Shown here in pieces: positions 10,344 to 20,799 of a DNA stretch of 51,490 nucleotides. Under the pieces are notes generated by a model that was not told the DNA's origin, did no database searches, and was given only the letters and a program-made list of their open reading frames with translations. Position numbers and translations under genes: made by a program. This stretch comes from Halocafeteria seosinensis (taxonomy: Eukaryota), in contig LVLI01000564.1 of assembly GCA_001687465.1 (NCBI GenBank), positions 1 through 51,490 of the forward strand. Reading direction: 5' to 3'. The stretch's first letter is position 1. Each line of letters starts with the position of its first letter.

Positions 10344-11775
10344 CGTCTCCAATTCTGCTTCGTTCCCGTTCAAGCAGATTTTTACTGGTTTATACAATTG
10401 TATCCGATACCACTATCATAGAGACTATCTCAATGACAGTCCTCTGAGAGCAGCTAATGTCGGAACTTAAACGCAAGGACATCAAGGGGAAAAGCAAAGG
10501 GTCGACGGACAACTCCTCTCCATCGATATTATCAATTGTAATAGATTTCATCAATCCATCGAACAATCCCTACGGTACAGAGACGAAAGAACAGACAAAC
10601 CATATGCGCCCGAAATATCCAATTTGGGGCGACATAAACCGGTCAAGTCCGTTCGTTCTTCGACTGACCCCTTCAAGAATGGTGACTCGCTTCGATTTAC
10701 CTACCTACTATTCGGCAACCAAACAAGGGAGAAAGGTGCATACCAGAGATGTAAAATTGTAACACCATGCGCTATAGTGCCTTAAGTGACTGTGCACGCA
10801 CGTGGAGACCACCTGCCTCTGTGGCGGAGTTTGCCGCGGACTCTCAGCCATGGCACGAACAGTCGGCAAGCAAGAATCAGGGGAATGGGCTGCATGCAAC
10901 ACTGCTGGGGTATCGCAAATCATAAATTGTGGATCGGCATTAACTTGTCATACAGGATTGAATGCGGACACGAATTGTTGCGTTAGAACTAAGAATTGAG
11001 CGGAAAATACTGAACCACCAAGTGTATCCAGAAGTGACACATTTTCAAATGAGTGGGGGCGAAAGGAAACGGAGTACGACGTCCATACGATCCAACGTCA
11101 CTCCTTTATGATAAAATTTGTCATCGCCCGCGATTGCGGCTTGTATCGCCTTTCATCGGTCTCGAACTTGCTCGCTAAACCCAATTTCAAGCGAATGCCT
11201 CGGGCAGCCGACCAGTTGCACACATATGTGGTAGTCGTGTAGTGTGCGACGGCCCTCTTCTTTACTACTCGAGGATATCAGGACACCACTGAAACAAATG
11301 AGAATTTGACCGAATAAGTTGGTTATCAATGAACCCACTAAGCACATGAGGAGGGGGCCACTAGATGAGCCGGCGTGAAAGGCAACATGCTGGTAGCTAC
11401 TAATAATCGCGAGGGCATTGCTGGCTCTCGTTTATTTTCAACCGATAGATCTTTAATAACACACAACATAAATTTCTGGACAGGGCCAGTTTGTCGCCTC
11501 GGCAGACACACAGCTCCATTATCTCATACTGTGAGAGCGGTTCCCGAACAATACTGCTGTACCGGGTTAGCCGGTAATGGTGGTTGCAATGCCCAAGCAG
11601 TACAGTCTGCATTGCAACCACCACAGTCATCCAAAAATCAAAGGGTGCAGCACCAGATAAATAGTCGTAGTTTGAACAAAGTATGTGCAACTCAGTAAAC
11701 GACAGGAATGACTTTACCAGCTCCTACGGTCAAAATTGAACCTTAGGAGCAAGCCACGAGCAGCAAGAGCGGCGC

Positions 11776-14319
11776 TCAGCCGCTGGCGTTACCTTTTCTT
11801 TCAAGGAATCCCTGGAGTAACTGAAGCTCTTCATGCGTTTGGAGCAGGTGTGGCTTAATATATGCGTCTTTTCCTGAGCTCGTGGTGACGAAGCGATTCG
11901 ATCTGAATGTCTCCTTAGTTGGATAAAGGTGCACAAGCAATCGAAAAGGGGAATTACCATGATGCTTGGAGAGAGGCAGTGTTTGGGCCCCACCATTTTT
12001 ACCTTTTCGTGAAATGGTTAGGTGCAGCCATGAACCAAAGAGTTCAGCTTTTTCAAGCCGAGGGATTTCTGCCGCAACAGTTTGAGTATCCCTGAAATAG
12101 GAGTGAACGCACTGCGCTGGAAGACCGTCTCTCTCAATGGAAATCCGTACCTTCTCGTTGGGTAATAGTCGATCGCGGCATGCGTCCTGCAGCGTAGGTG
12201 TAGACGAGTTAGAGAGATTAATTCGAATTTCAAGCCGTTCATTCATTAGGGTTTTGCCACCGTAGTCCTTCATACACTCCCGGGGGATAAGACTCGGAAC
12301 TTGTTCCATTGCCAACGTGGTCTCTCTCCCCGAAGGAACACGGTTTTCGCAGGAGGTGCACTTCAGGGAGTCTCCCGAAGGAACGGGATCCAAACGCTTT
12401 GGGATATACTTGGAAAACACTTTAAACGGCGAACTGACGAAACGCTTGTTCAGGTAAGGAACTTCGATCTTTAACCTGAAAGGGAAGTGCCCGGCATAAG
12501 AGCTCAGTGGAAGCGATTTTGGAGCAATCTTGAACTCAATGCATCGACCCCGGTAAATCAGAGGATCAACAATGCAAGGATGGTATACGTCGCTCTTCCC
12601 ATTTACAAATTGGTACTTCCGAGGTTGCTCGTCTATCAAATTAAAAAGCTTCGCTCTCACAGTAAGTGGAGAGGGCAAAGCGGATGTGTCTTCCGAAGTC
12701 ACCCGTTCTTGAGGAAGCGGAACACTTACAGCCATTGGTTTTTCGCATACCACTGCTGCAGTGGAAGTACTGGTATTTGGGTCGATATCAAAGAAGTGTT
12801 CAACCGGTTGGGAATCTGTTGTCGAGCTATCGTCACCGTCCGTCTCCTCAGAACCTGAATCTTGAGAAGCATCACAGCTTGAATCAGACGTGGGTGATAC
12901 AGGTGGGAAATTTTCGTTCCCTTCCTCGTCTGTTTCTGGTTGGGAATTTGTTGTCAAGCTACCGTCCTCTTCCGTCTCCTCGCAATCAGAATCTTGAGGA
13001 ATATCATAACTTGACTCAGATGTGGGTGATAAAGGTAGAAAATTCTCGTTCCATTCCTGGTATGTTTCGTCAGACGGTTGGGAATTTGTTGCTGAGCTAC
13101 CGTCCTCGTCTGCCTCTTCAGAATTTCGAGGAGCATCATAATTTGAATCATAGGCAGGTGAAGCGTTCTCGTTCCCTATCACAGTAATCATAGGCAGTGT
13201 GTATCGAGGGGCATCCGGAAAGGAGGAATTTTCAGAGTCGTCAGATGCGAGTTTTACCGTGCCTTGCCGCTCGCTAGTAGTAAAATTTGCGCCATACGTA
13301 GTCACAGGTGATACAGGAAAGCTGTTGTCTCGACAGAAGGATGCGCAATACTCAACAGAATATTGGTCCGTTGCGTCAGGATAGCAACAGGCATCAAAAC
13401 TTGTCGACGAACTCTCGGAAGGCACAAAGTTCTCCGTGTCTCGCTGCTCCTGCTGCTCGTTTCTACAGTAGTGGGCGGTGCTAGGACGATACTCGTGTAC
13501 TTCAACCCGAGGGGGGCTGTTAGATTTCACTACTGGTGGATTGTCCACGGGTCTGAGCTCATCAAAAGGAATGGTTTCACTATTGAATTCCAATTCCCCA
13601 TTTGCACCATCAGTCATAGGCAAGTATCTCGTGTCTTCATACGAGTATGCCCCTGCATGAAAGTAACCAACATCGGTCGATGAGCTCTCAGAGGGTACAT
13701 AGTTCTCCGTATCCTTGTTGTTCCACTGCTCGTTTCCGTCAAAATGGGTCAGTTCATGCCCTCCATCCATGGCAAAAAAAATACCATGTCTTGGTACATC
13801 TTCGAGTTCATCAAGAGCAGAGGTGGACAAGGAGCCCGAAGACGAATGATCAACAGACGGACGACGTTCCACCAGTGCGGCCGAAGATCTCGGAACTTTG
13901 TAGGCAGAATCGTTCTCCAGAGCTTCATCTGTCGACGCAGCGCGTGGATATTTGGATCGACTCGATGTATCAACGGACTTTGAGCGAAACTCGTCATCAA
14001 GTTCGGTGGGGCACTTTGTAAATGCGGTGTGACGATTCTCAGCACCAGGTAATTTTCCTAGTGGTTGCCGGTAGTCACTGGCACAGGCTCGCGGAGAGGA
14101 ACTCAATTCACCTGATGAATTGCTACCCTGAAGCCTTTTCGGCGATTCTTTCTCCGTCTGGGAGTTGGGTAATGTAGAATCGGAGTGCTGGGAGACACCG
14201 GGAATAGGATCGTGGTACACCCAAGACTCTTCGGGGCTTGTATCCAGCTCCTTCTGAGAACTGGGAAGACTATGAAAAAGGGAATCCGTATCGTTATTTC
14301 CAAATTCGTTTAAGTCCAT
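11776..14319 (-). CDS. Paralog 1 of a 4-gene family: long acidic Ser-rich disordered N-terminus plus duplicated C-terminal beta-rich domain
   Basis: Long ORF. The likely ATG at 14319 follows a 5'-UTR intron (14430-14325, GTAAGT..CCCAG). The C-terminal ~320 aa align by eye with the ORFs at 17520, 20800 and 23828. Confidence 0.85.
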   Translation of the reverse strand: MDLNEFGNNDTDSLFHSLPSSQKELDTSPEESWVYHDPIPGVSQHSDSTLPNSQTEKESPKRLQGSNSSGELSSSPRACASDYRQPLGKLPGAENRHTAFTKCPTELDDEFRSKSVDTSSRSKYPRAASTDEALENDSAYKVPRSSAALVERRPSVDHSSSGSLSTSALDELEDVPRHGIFFAMDGGHELTHFDGNEQWNNKDTENYVPSESSSTDVGYFHAGAYSYEDTRYLPMTDGANGELEFNSETIPFDELRPVDNPPVVKSNSPPRVEVHEYRPSTAHYCRNEQQEQRDTENFVPSESSSTSFDACCYPDATDQYSVEYCASFCRDNSFPVSPVTTYGANFTTSERQGTVKLASDDSENSSFPDAPRYTLPMITVIGNENASPAYDSNYDAPRNSEEADEDGSSATNSQPSDETYQEWNENFLPLSPTSESSYDIPQDSDCEETEEDGSLTTNSQPETDEEGNENFPPVSPTSDSSCDASQDSGSEETDGDDSSTTDSQPVEHFFDIDPNTSTSTAAVVCEKPMAVSVPLPQERVTSEDTSALPSPLTVRAKLFNLIDEQPRKYQFVNGKSDVYHPCIVDPLIYRGRCIEFKIAPKSLPLSSYAGHFPFRLKIEVPYLNKRFVSSPFKVFSKYIPKRLDPVPSGDSLKCTSCENRVPSGRETTLAMEQVPSLIPRECMKDYGGKTLMNERLEIRINLSNSSTPTLQDACRDRLLPNEKVRISIERDGLPAQCVHSYFRDTQTVAAEIPRLEKAELFGSWLHLTISRKGKNGGAQTLPLSKHHGNSPFRLLVHLYPTKETFRSNRFVTTSSGKDAYIKPHLLQTHEELQLLQGFLERKGNASG
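12800..13140 (-). repeat. Three degenerate ~42-aa coding repeats in paralog 1
   Basis: The unit EE(A/T)DxDGSSxTNSQP..NENFxPxSPTSxSSxD recurs. DTEN(Y/F)VPSESSST also occurs twice further N-terminal. Confidence 0.8.
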
Positions 14320-15664
14320 GTTTCCTGGGACAACAAAGGAGAAGACATACACTATCTGTGCGTGAAGTTGGGAGGCTCAGATCAATTCCGCACCGAGGTA
14401 GCATCTTCGCTCAGCCAGTCGCAGACTTACCTAGCAAGTTCTCCCTCACACCAGATACAGCAACACAGGTGTATACTGTAAACAAAATAATACATAAAAC
14501 AACAGCCAATGTAAAAGCAACACAAATCAGCCACAGAAAGTTGGCACACAAGACACGTCGTAACACATCCGAAGATGAGACAACCACTGCTTGACAATCC
14601 TTTCCGATCCAACATATCTAGTTCGATCCCGACGGGTGGGAAAACCCCGGGGGCTTCCGCCCGCCAGGCTGCCAGCAAGCAGCCTTCCCTGCCGCGAAAC
14701 AAGGTTGAACCCGGCTCTACGGCCCTTCCCACAAACCCTCATACGAGCGAGCGCAAGCCTGCAGCAGCTCCATGGCAAACTGAATTAGATAGCGAAGATA
14801 CGGTCCGGAATGGGGCGTTCTGGATACGCCAGCGCCAGGCTTCAACAAAGCAAAGCCTGCCTGCGCCGTCCCAAGGACTTCAATCTTGCCTGTTACTCCA
14901 ATACCAGGGAGTTTGCCAGCTCGTCGAGGAGCTCTGTGGGTGCTTTCGTCTCGTCATGCCGTGTTTCAGCGTTTCAGCCTGCGCCGTGGCCAGGAAAAGC
15001 GGGTTCCAGCAGGAGGGCTTACGGAGCTACGGAACTCCCCCAGCGCCGCCAGCGGTGGGGGAGGTTAGGGCTGCGCAAGTGACCAACCCGAACATCCCGC
15101 TTGAAGACGTAGATATGGTAGACGATGCTGCATCACTTTTCCTCATTTTGCCCAAGCAGTCCATGAACTCTCAAGGTCCGCGGAAGTAGCGGTAGAATAC
15201 CATCGCTGGATAAGTGAGCGAGCTTCTCAGCGAAGCTCTGGAAGCACAAGAATGGACTGGATGGTCACCTTACCAGTGTTCAGCTGTTCACGATTGGCAC
15301 CAATGTTGGATGGTATAGGCTTGTAAATTTACTTATCCCCAAAAGGAGGAATTCCAGGATTGTAATGAATATATAAAACAGCTTGTTCTCAATTCTCAGT
15401 GTTCTGTGACTACCTGGTGACTTACATACCACGACACGAGCATTACGAAACATTGCCGTACGAGAAGTCGGCATGGTCTTTGTGTTAGTTGGACATGTTT
15501 CCTTAAAGGGAGACGTGCAGTACCGAGCATGAATTACGGTATTGGAACTGTTTTGCGCTTAGAAGGACGATGGCTAACGTCAGTACGTGGCACCATTTGC
15601 ATCTACACTTGATGGGTTTGAGGGCGATATCGTGAGCTGGCAGCTAAAGGATTATTCTGAGTGG

Positions 15665-16878
15665 TCACAGCCCCGCCAACGACAGAATTACCTTGTGAGT
15701 CAGCAACAGTTGAGCGATTCTGTGCTGCAGAAGTGACACCACCTGACTTGAGGGCGAACAATTACTTTGATGAGAGCGCTGGCGCCAATAGAGGAACGCT
15801 GCACCCCCGACTACTGCCGCGATCAGAAGAGGAACAACAATTGCTACTGCGTCGGAGGATGTCACGTTACTCCCGCGTCGTTGCCGTGAGATGCTCCTCC
15901 AGAGGCTCCACCCTACCCAAGGGGCTCAGCCTCCCGGTCTTGGTACACAAATGTGTGTGTGTCTTGGATCCCAGTGTTTTCTTTATCCAGCGACTCCATG
16001 CCTGCTTCGTTTTTTAACTTATTCGGGTACTCGTCAGAAAATTCTTGGCTGAAAGTCGATTTTCATGTCATTTCCCGCACTTGATTCATATTAATCGACT
16101 GTCACGCCATCTTCCACCATCCACCATCTGCGTCCCCGGTATTGTTCGCTACTACTGCAGTCCGGCGCAAAGTGCCAGGTAGAGGTCACTCACTACGCAC
16201 GAATATACTTGCCAATAGGAAAGGAGAACATCTTTAAGAATGTCTTCAATCTGGGTAATAAAAACAACTCTGCCGAGATTATCGGCATCTTGGCGGGTAA
16301 AACCGTCTGCCAGGTTGTATCTCGGCATTTTGTTTTGGTCGAGACCTATCCCACCCATAGGGGCGTTTTGCACGAGCCAGTGCACTAGAGTAAGTTACAC
16401 CGTAGGCACTGCAACCACAACCTGCACCATCAGCACCGTTGATGTAGGAACACATATTGTCCTCATCCTCAGGCAATCGTCAAAACAGGAGCACCCAACT
16501 CCGGCCGGGACGTCCGCCAAGTACGGAGTGTGTGTATACAATGGCCCACTGCATACCCAGCGAATAGTATTCTCTAAGTTCGGCACAAACGAAGAAAAAG
16601 AGTCACACTTTGACCTGTAGCAACCTTTTGGCAGGCGCAAGAAAGCCCTTGGCTATTAGCAAAGTCGAGAAGCCTCCACCATCAAAGTCGAAATTGGCCG
16701 CGCGTCTTTCGGCTGCGTCCATGATGCAGTTTAGGCACACATTGTCCAGACCGTAGTCATAATAACTGTCTGGTGGGACAGTACAGTATCATGGGCCCGG
16801 GTTCTCGGCATGCCCTTGCACCGTTGCTACGAGAACAATGGGGATGGCGACAAGCAAACGATTTCCCAAGAGCCGCAT
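15665..16878 (-). pseudogene. Disrupted gene for a Cys-rich single-pass membrane protein
   Basis: ATG 16878 gives a signal-peptide-like MRLLGNRLLVAIPIVLVATVQG, with an in-frame TGA at 16791-16789. Cys-rich fragments follow in several frames (LSCAC, CYRSKCD, GCSCFDDC, CSYINGADGAGCGCS). The region ends in a TM helix with a basic stop-transfer (AVAIVVPLLIAAVVGGAAFLYWRQR). Confidence 0.55.
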
Positions 16879-17519
16879 TGTCTTTCTTCCTTTTCTCCAG
16901 AGACTTTTGGATCAAATTTGACCTGCATATAGGTGGAATGTGACTAGTGTAAAGGTGCAGCAACGTAACACAGTAGGTCTTGAGGCACTGCTTTTGGCTC
17001 CAGTTCTGCGACATACACACGATGTATTTCACCACTTACTGTTTCTGTACCAGTACCGGTAAATCGATAAAAGAATACACGGGGCTTGTTTCTTCCATCA
17101 AGTGTCCCTCGTGCAGCGCGGCGTTAACTTGGAACAACCAACAACCCACACTGGTTTCTTTCTTTTCCTGCTGTCGGGTCACTGGTGACTCTTCGGGTGG
17201 GACGGATACAATACATCACCACAAAGTAAGAGCATTTCGTCGTTTGAGCATCCAGATACCATAGCCACTGTATCCCAGAATACTTTACTGAAAATAACAA
17301 GAAGGCAACATCACGTGACATTTGAAGTTTTGAAAGTTGTACAAATGGTACAAAAGTTCACCTGCTATGAGAATCGCATAACATATTAGCGAGCCTTGTG
17401 TGTGTCAAGCTGTGGCTGCGGGGAAGCACGACGGAGTGAAACAGATAGACATTGCTTAGAAGTGACTGGGAGGTAGGTACACACACGCGTGGGCAGAGAG
17501 TCCTGTACAATTTACATTA

Positions 17520-19673
17520 TCAACGACGGCGACTACCCTTGGTCTTTTCTCTTGGCAGGAAGCCCTCGAGGAATCTTAGTTCTTCATGTGTTTCTAGGAG
17601 GTCTGGTTTGATGAATTCATCTTGTCCGGAGCATGTGGTGACAAAGCGGTTCGATTTCAATGTTTCGTGTGTCGGATATAGGTGCACAACCAAACGAAAC
17701 GGTGAACGACCATGACGTGTAGACAATGGTAGTCTTTTAGACTGCGTATTCTTCCCTTTCCGTGAAATGCTTAAGTGTAGTTTTGATCCATGGAGTTCAG
17801 CCTTCTCAAGGCGGGGAATTGTCGCTTCCACTGTTTTTGTTTCCCAGTTGTAGGAGTGAACACATTCGGTTGGTAGACCGTCTCTCTCGATGGAAATGTG
17901 CACCTCGTTATTTGGCAGCACTCCCTCGCAGCATTCCTTTTGCAATGTTGTCGTGGAAACCTCAGAGAGATTGATCAGGACGTTAAGCCTTTCATTTTTT
18001 CCCTTTCCATCCGGGCCTTTCTTCATCCGATGCTGGGCGAGGTGGCTAGGAACCGGTTCCAATGTCGAATCAGTTTCCATCCCCGGAGGGACAGTTCGTT
18101 TGCAAAATGAACAAGATAGAGACTTTCTCGGGGGAACATAATCCAAAGATAAACGTCTTGGTTTCTTCGAACAACACACTTTGAACGCCGAACTAGCGAA
18201 AGCCTTGCCGAGATAGGGCACATTTACCCTAAAGTAGAAAGGGAAGTTTCCGGCATCGGAGCTCAACGGAAGTTTCTTCCGGTCAATTTCAAACTCAATG
18301 CAATTCTTTTTCCGGTTAATTCGAGGCTTTGCAACATGAGGATGAAGTACTTCAGTTGCTCCGTTCTCGAATTGGTACTTCATTGGCTGCTGGCCGATCC
18401 AGGTAAAAAGCTGTACCACCACACTAATTGGAGAAGGCAAAAGGAGCTTGTTCGAAGGCGTGTCTTTTTTAGGAAGCGGAATACTGACATCCTCTTGTCC
18501 TTTTTGCATAAGCACTGTAACGGGCGTAGTTGTACTTGAGCCAGAGTCGAGACTGTGGCTAATATCAAAGAAGCGTAGAGTCGGATTAGAATCGGTAGTC
18601 AAACTATAGTTCTCTTCTGCCGAATTACCCGAAGAACTTGAATCATCTGTCGTATCAGCCTGATAACGTATACTACCACAAGAGAAACCTCCGTTGTTCC
18701 TGTTTACTGTGGTACTGTGTTTACTTTCATCCCAGGCTACCTCCTCTACGTAGTCAAACTTTCTTGGTTCCTCGGTATTGGCACAGGAAACACGACCTGG
18801 TGCTGAGTTCCACCTGGTTTCTAATGCTGAGTCGTGAGACTCCGTCTCTTCAGGATGTACACTAGCATCAGGAGCTATTCCTGAATCATTACGCCGCACG
18901 AAATACTCATACTCCGATTCTTCAACTCCGCCAGAACGACTCGCAGATAAGATACTGTTGTCGTCTCTATGAGCACAGTCACAGTCTGTTTCTACGAAGT
19001 TCAGATATTCTTGATTCCATACATCGGTGAAACTGCTATGTGTAGAGGAATTATCATCGAGCTCTCCCTGCTGGAGCATGTTATTTTCGTCATACCAATT
19101 CCCACTCATTTCTATTTGGTGCTTTAAGTCTTCGTCAAACGCTGCTGAGACGCATCGGCGAGCCTTAGGAACGCTCCCACTCATTTCTATTTGGTGCTTT
19201 AAGTCTTCGTCAAACGCTGCTGAGACGCATCGGCGAGCCTTAGGAGCGCTCGTCTGAGAGATTTCATGTGCCCCAGTAGTGCGTGGAGACTTGGATCCAC
19301 TCACTGTGCAAGCAGACGTTGAACGTAGGTCGGCGCTACTCGCTGCGGATGTCTTCGTGGCAGTCGTAGTCAGACGATTTTCTGCGCCAGTTATTTTTTG
19401 CAGTGGTTGCCGCCCGTTCATACAGGCACTCGGAGCGGGTGAAGAAGAAGCATTGCAGCCACCTGCTGAATTGGGTCCCTGGGGCCTTTCGGGTGAGTCT
19501 TGAGCCGCTTGGGAGCTCGGTAACGTAGACTGGGAATCCTGGGAGTCGCTCCAGAGAGGATTGCCATTTCCGCACCCATTTTCTTCATCCCCGTCCTCAT
19601 CCAGCACGTCTTGAAGACTGGGAGGGCTATGTAGCATATGAGCAAACCAAGATTCGTTAAAAGGAGATTGCAT
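17520..19673 (-). CDS. Paralog 2 of the 4-gene family (closest to paralog 1)
   Basis: Long ORF. The likely ATG at 19673 follows a 5'-UTR intron (19786-19679) placed as in paralog 1. Shares ISIERDGLP..CVHSY..IPRLEKAEL..ISRKGKN..LPLS..HG.SPFRL.VHLYPT.ET..SNRFVTT with paralog 1. Confidence 0.85.
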   Translation of the reverse strand: MQSPFNESWFAHMLHSPPSLQDVLDEDGDEENGCGNGNPLWSDSQDSQSTLPSSQAAQDSPERPQGPNSAGGCNASSSPAPSACMNGRQPLQKITGAENRLTTTATKTSAASSADLRSTSACTVSGSKSPRTTGAHEISQTSAPKARRCVSAAFDEDLKHQIEMSGSVPKARRCVSAAFDEDLKHQIEMSGNWYDENNMLQQGELDDNSSTHSSFTDVWNQEYLNFVETDCDCAHRDDNSILSASRSGGVEESEYEYFVRRNDSGIAPDASVHPEETESHDSALETRWNSAPGRVSCANTEEPRKFDYVEEVAWDESKHSTTVNRNNGGFSCGSIRYQADTTDDSSSSGNSAEENYSLTTDSNPTLRFFDISHSLDSGSSTTTPVTVLMQKGQEDVSIPLPKKDTPSNKLLLPSPISVVVQLFTWIGQQPMKYQFENGATEVLHPHVAKPRINRKKNCIEFEIDRKKLPLSSDAGNFPFYFRVNVPYLGKAFASSAFKVCCSKKPRRLSLDYVPPRKSLSCSFCKRTVPPGMETDSTLEPVPSHLAQHRMKKGPDGKGKNERLNVLINLSEVSTTTLQKECCEGVLPNNEVHISIERDGLPTECVHSYNWETKTVEATIPRLEKAELHGSKLHLSISRKGKNTQSKRLPLSTRHGRSPFRLVVHLYPTHETLKSNRFVTTCSGQDEFIKPDLLETHEELRFLEGFLPREKTKGSRRR
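19101..19250 (-). repeat. 75-bp in-frame tandem duplication (25 aa x2)
   Basis: 19101-19175 and 19176-19250 differ at one base and encode S(A/V)PKARRCVSAAFDEDLKHQIEMSG twice. Confidence 0.92.
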
Positions 19674-20799
19674 GCTTCCTGGAATAACAAAAGGGGAACA
19701 CATACACATACAAACAAACTTGCATCACATTCTACCCAAGGTACACATTTCCGTCGGTCGAAGTCGCAGCCAGGAGACGGACTTACCGGTGGAAATTTGT
19801 ACCAACCGAGCAACACACCCTATAGAACCACCATCCAAGACAAAAAGCAGTCATCAATGTACAAGCTAACGCAAACAAGATACATGATATGTACACCGCA
19901 TAAGCTGTAACACATCCGAAGATGAGACAAATCATTCGAAAATATCCATCTAAATTCAGACCGCCGGCCCGCCGGGACAAGCGCGCTTTCTCCATAAGTT
20001 GAAGCCACCTAGGTGAATCAGTGATCACGCGCTTTTCATACGGGCGAGCGCAAGCTTGCATCTGCCTCCACCGCAGACTGAATTAGACTAAGGAAGACAC
20101 GTTCCAAAAAGGGCGAGTGTTGGTGTTAGGACACGCCAGCATTCAACACACCAAGGACTTCAACCTTAGTGTTGCTCCACGATGACTGCGCCTCTACAAC
20201 CCCATCTACCATTTTTGTGGGCACTTTTTCCTCGTCAGGATCTTCTTCAGCCTTGGCTTGTGGCCGACATCCCGCGTGCAGCACGCTCCCAGGAGGGCCT
20301 CGAAGCGCGCGCAGAGGTGAGTCAGGAATCCGGATCGTGTAGAATCCGAAACCGAATTCTACCACTCTGCTTGAAGACGTAGCTAGGGTAATAGCGCTTC
20401 ACTTATCGCAAGCAGCCTATGCATTCGATGACGCAATGGGCGCGCAGGGAAACCGCGGAGCCCACGACAGCGACGATCGGGCGACGAGAAGTCAGGCAGT
20501 ACAATTACTGTACCAGGTATCCAGTCTGCAAGTAGCTTACTTGGGAAGATTTGAGAACGGTAAGTTCATCAACGATGGCCATCCAGTACGTCTTTAGTAA
20601 AGGCAATGAAGCGAAATGTTGGTAATTCAAAAAGACTGAGTGATTAAGAGGGGCACATACATAAGCAACAACTGAAGTAATAGCCGATCCGCCATATAGC
20701 GAAATATAGTAGAACGTAACCTATGTCAGATGCCTTTGTTCCGCTATTTGATATAGCTATAAATGGTGTCTACGTAGGGGGCTGGCACACCAACCGTGC

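Noticed and set aside
14575..15189. 204-aa plus-strand ORF upstream of paralog 1
   Set aside because: The homologous DNA upstream of paralog 2 does not keep this frame, and no family is recognisable.
16789..16791. In-frame TGA read as selenocysteine or a variant genetic code
   Set aside because: The same locus also has frameshifts, and TGA acts as a normal stop in neighbouring genes (e.g. 28105-28107).
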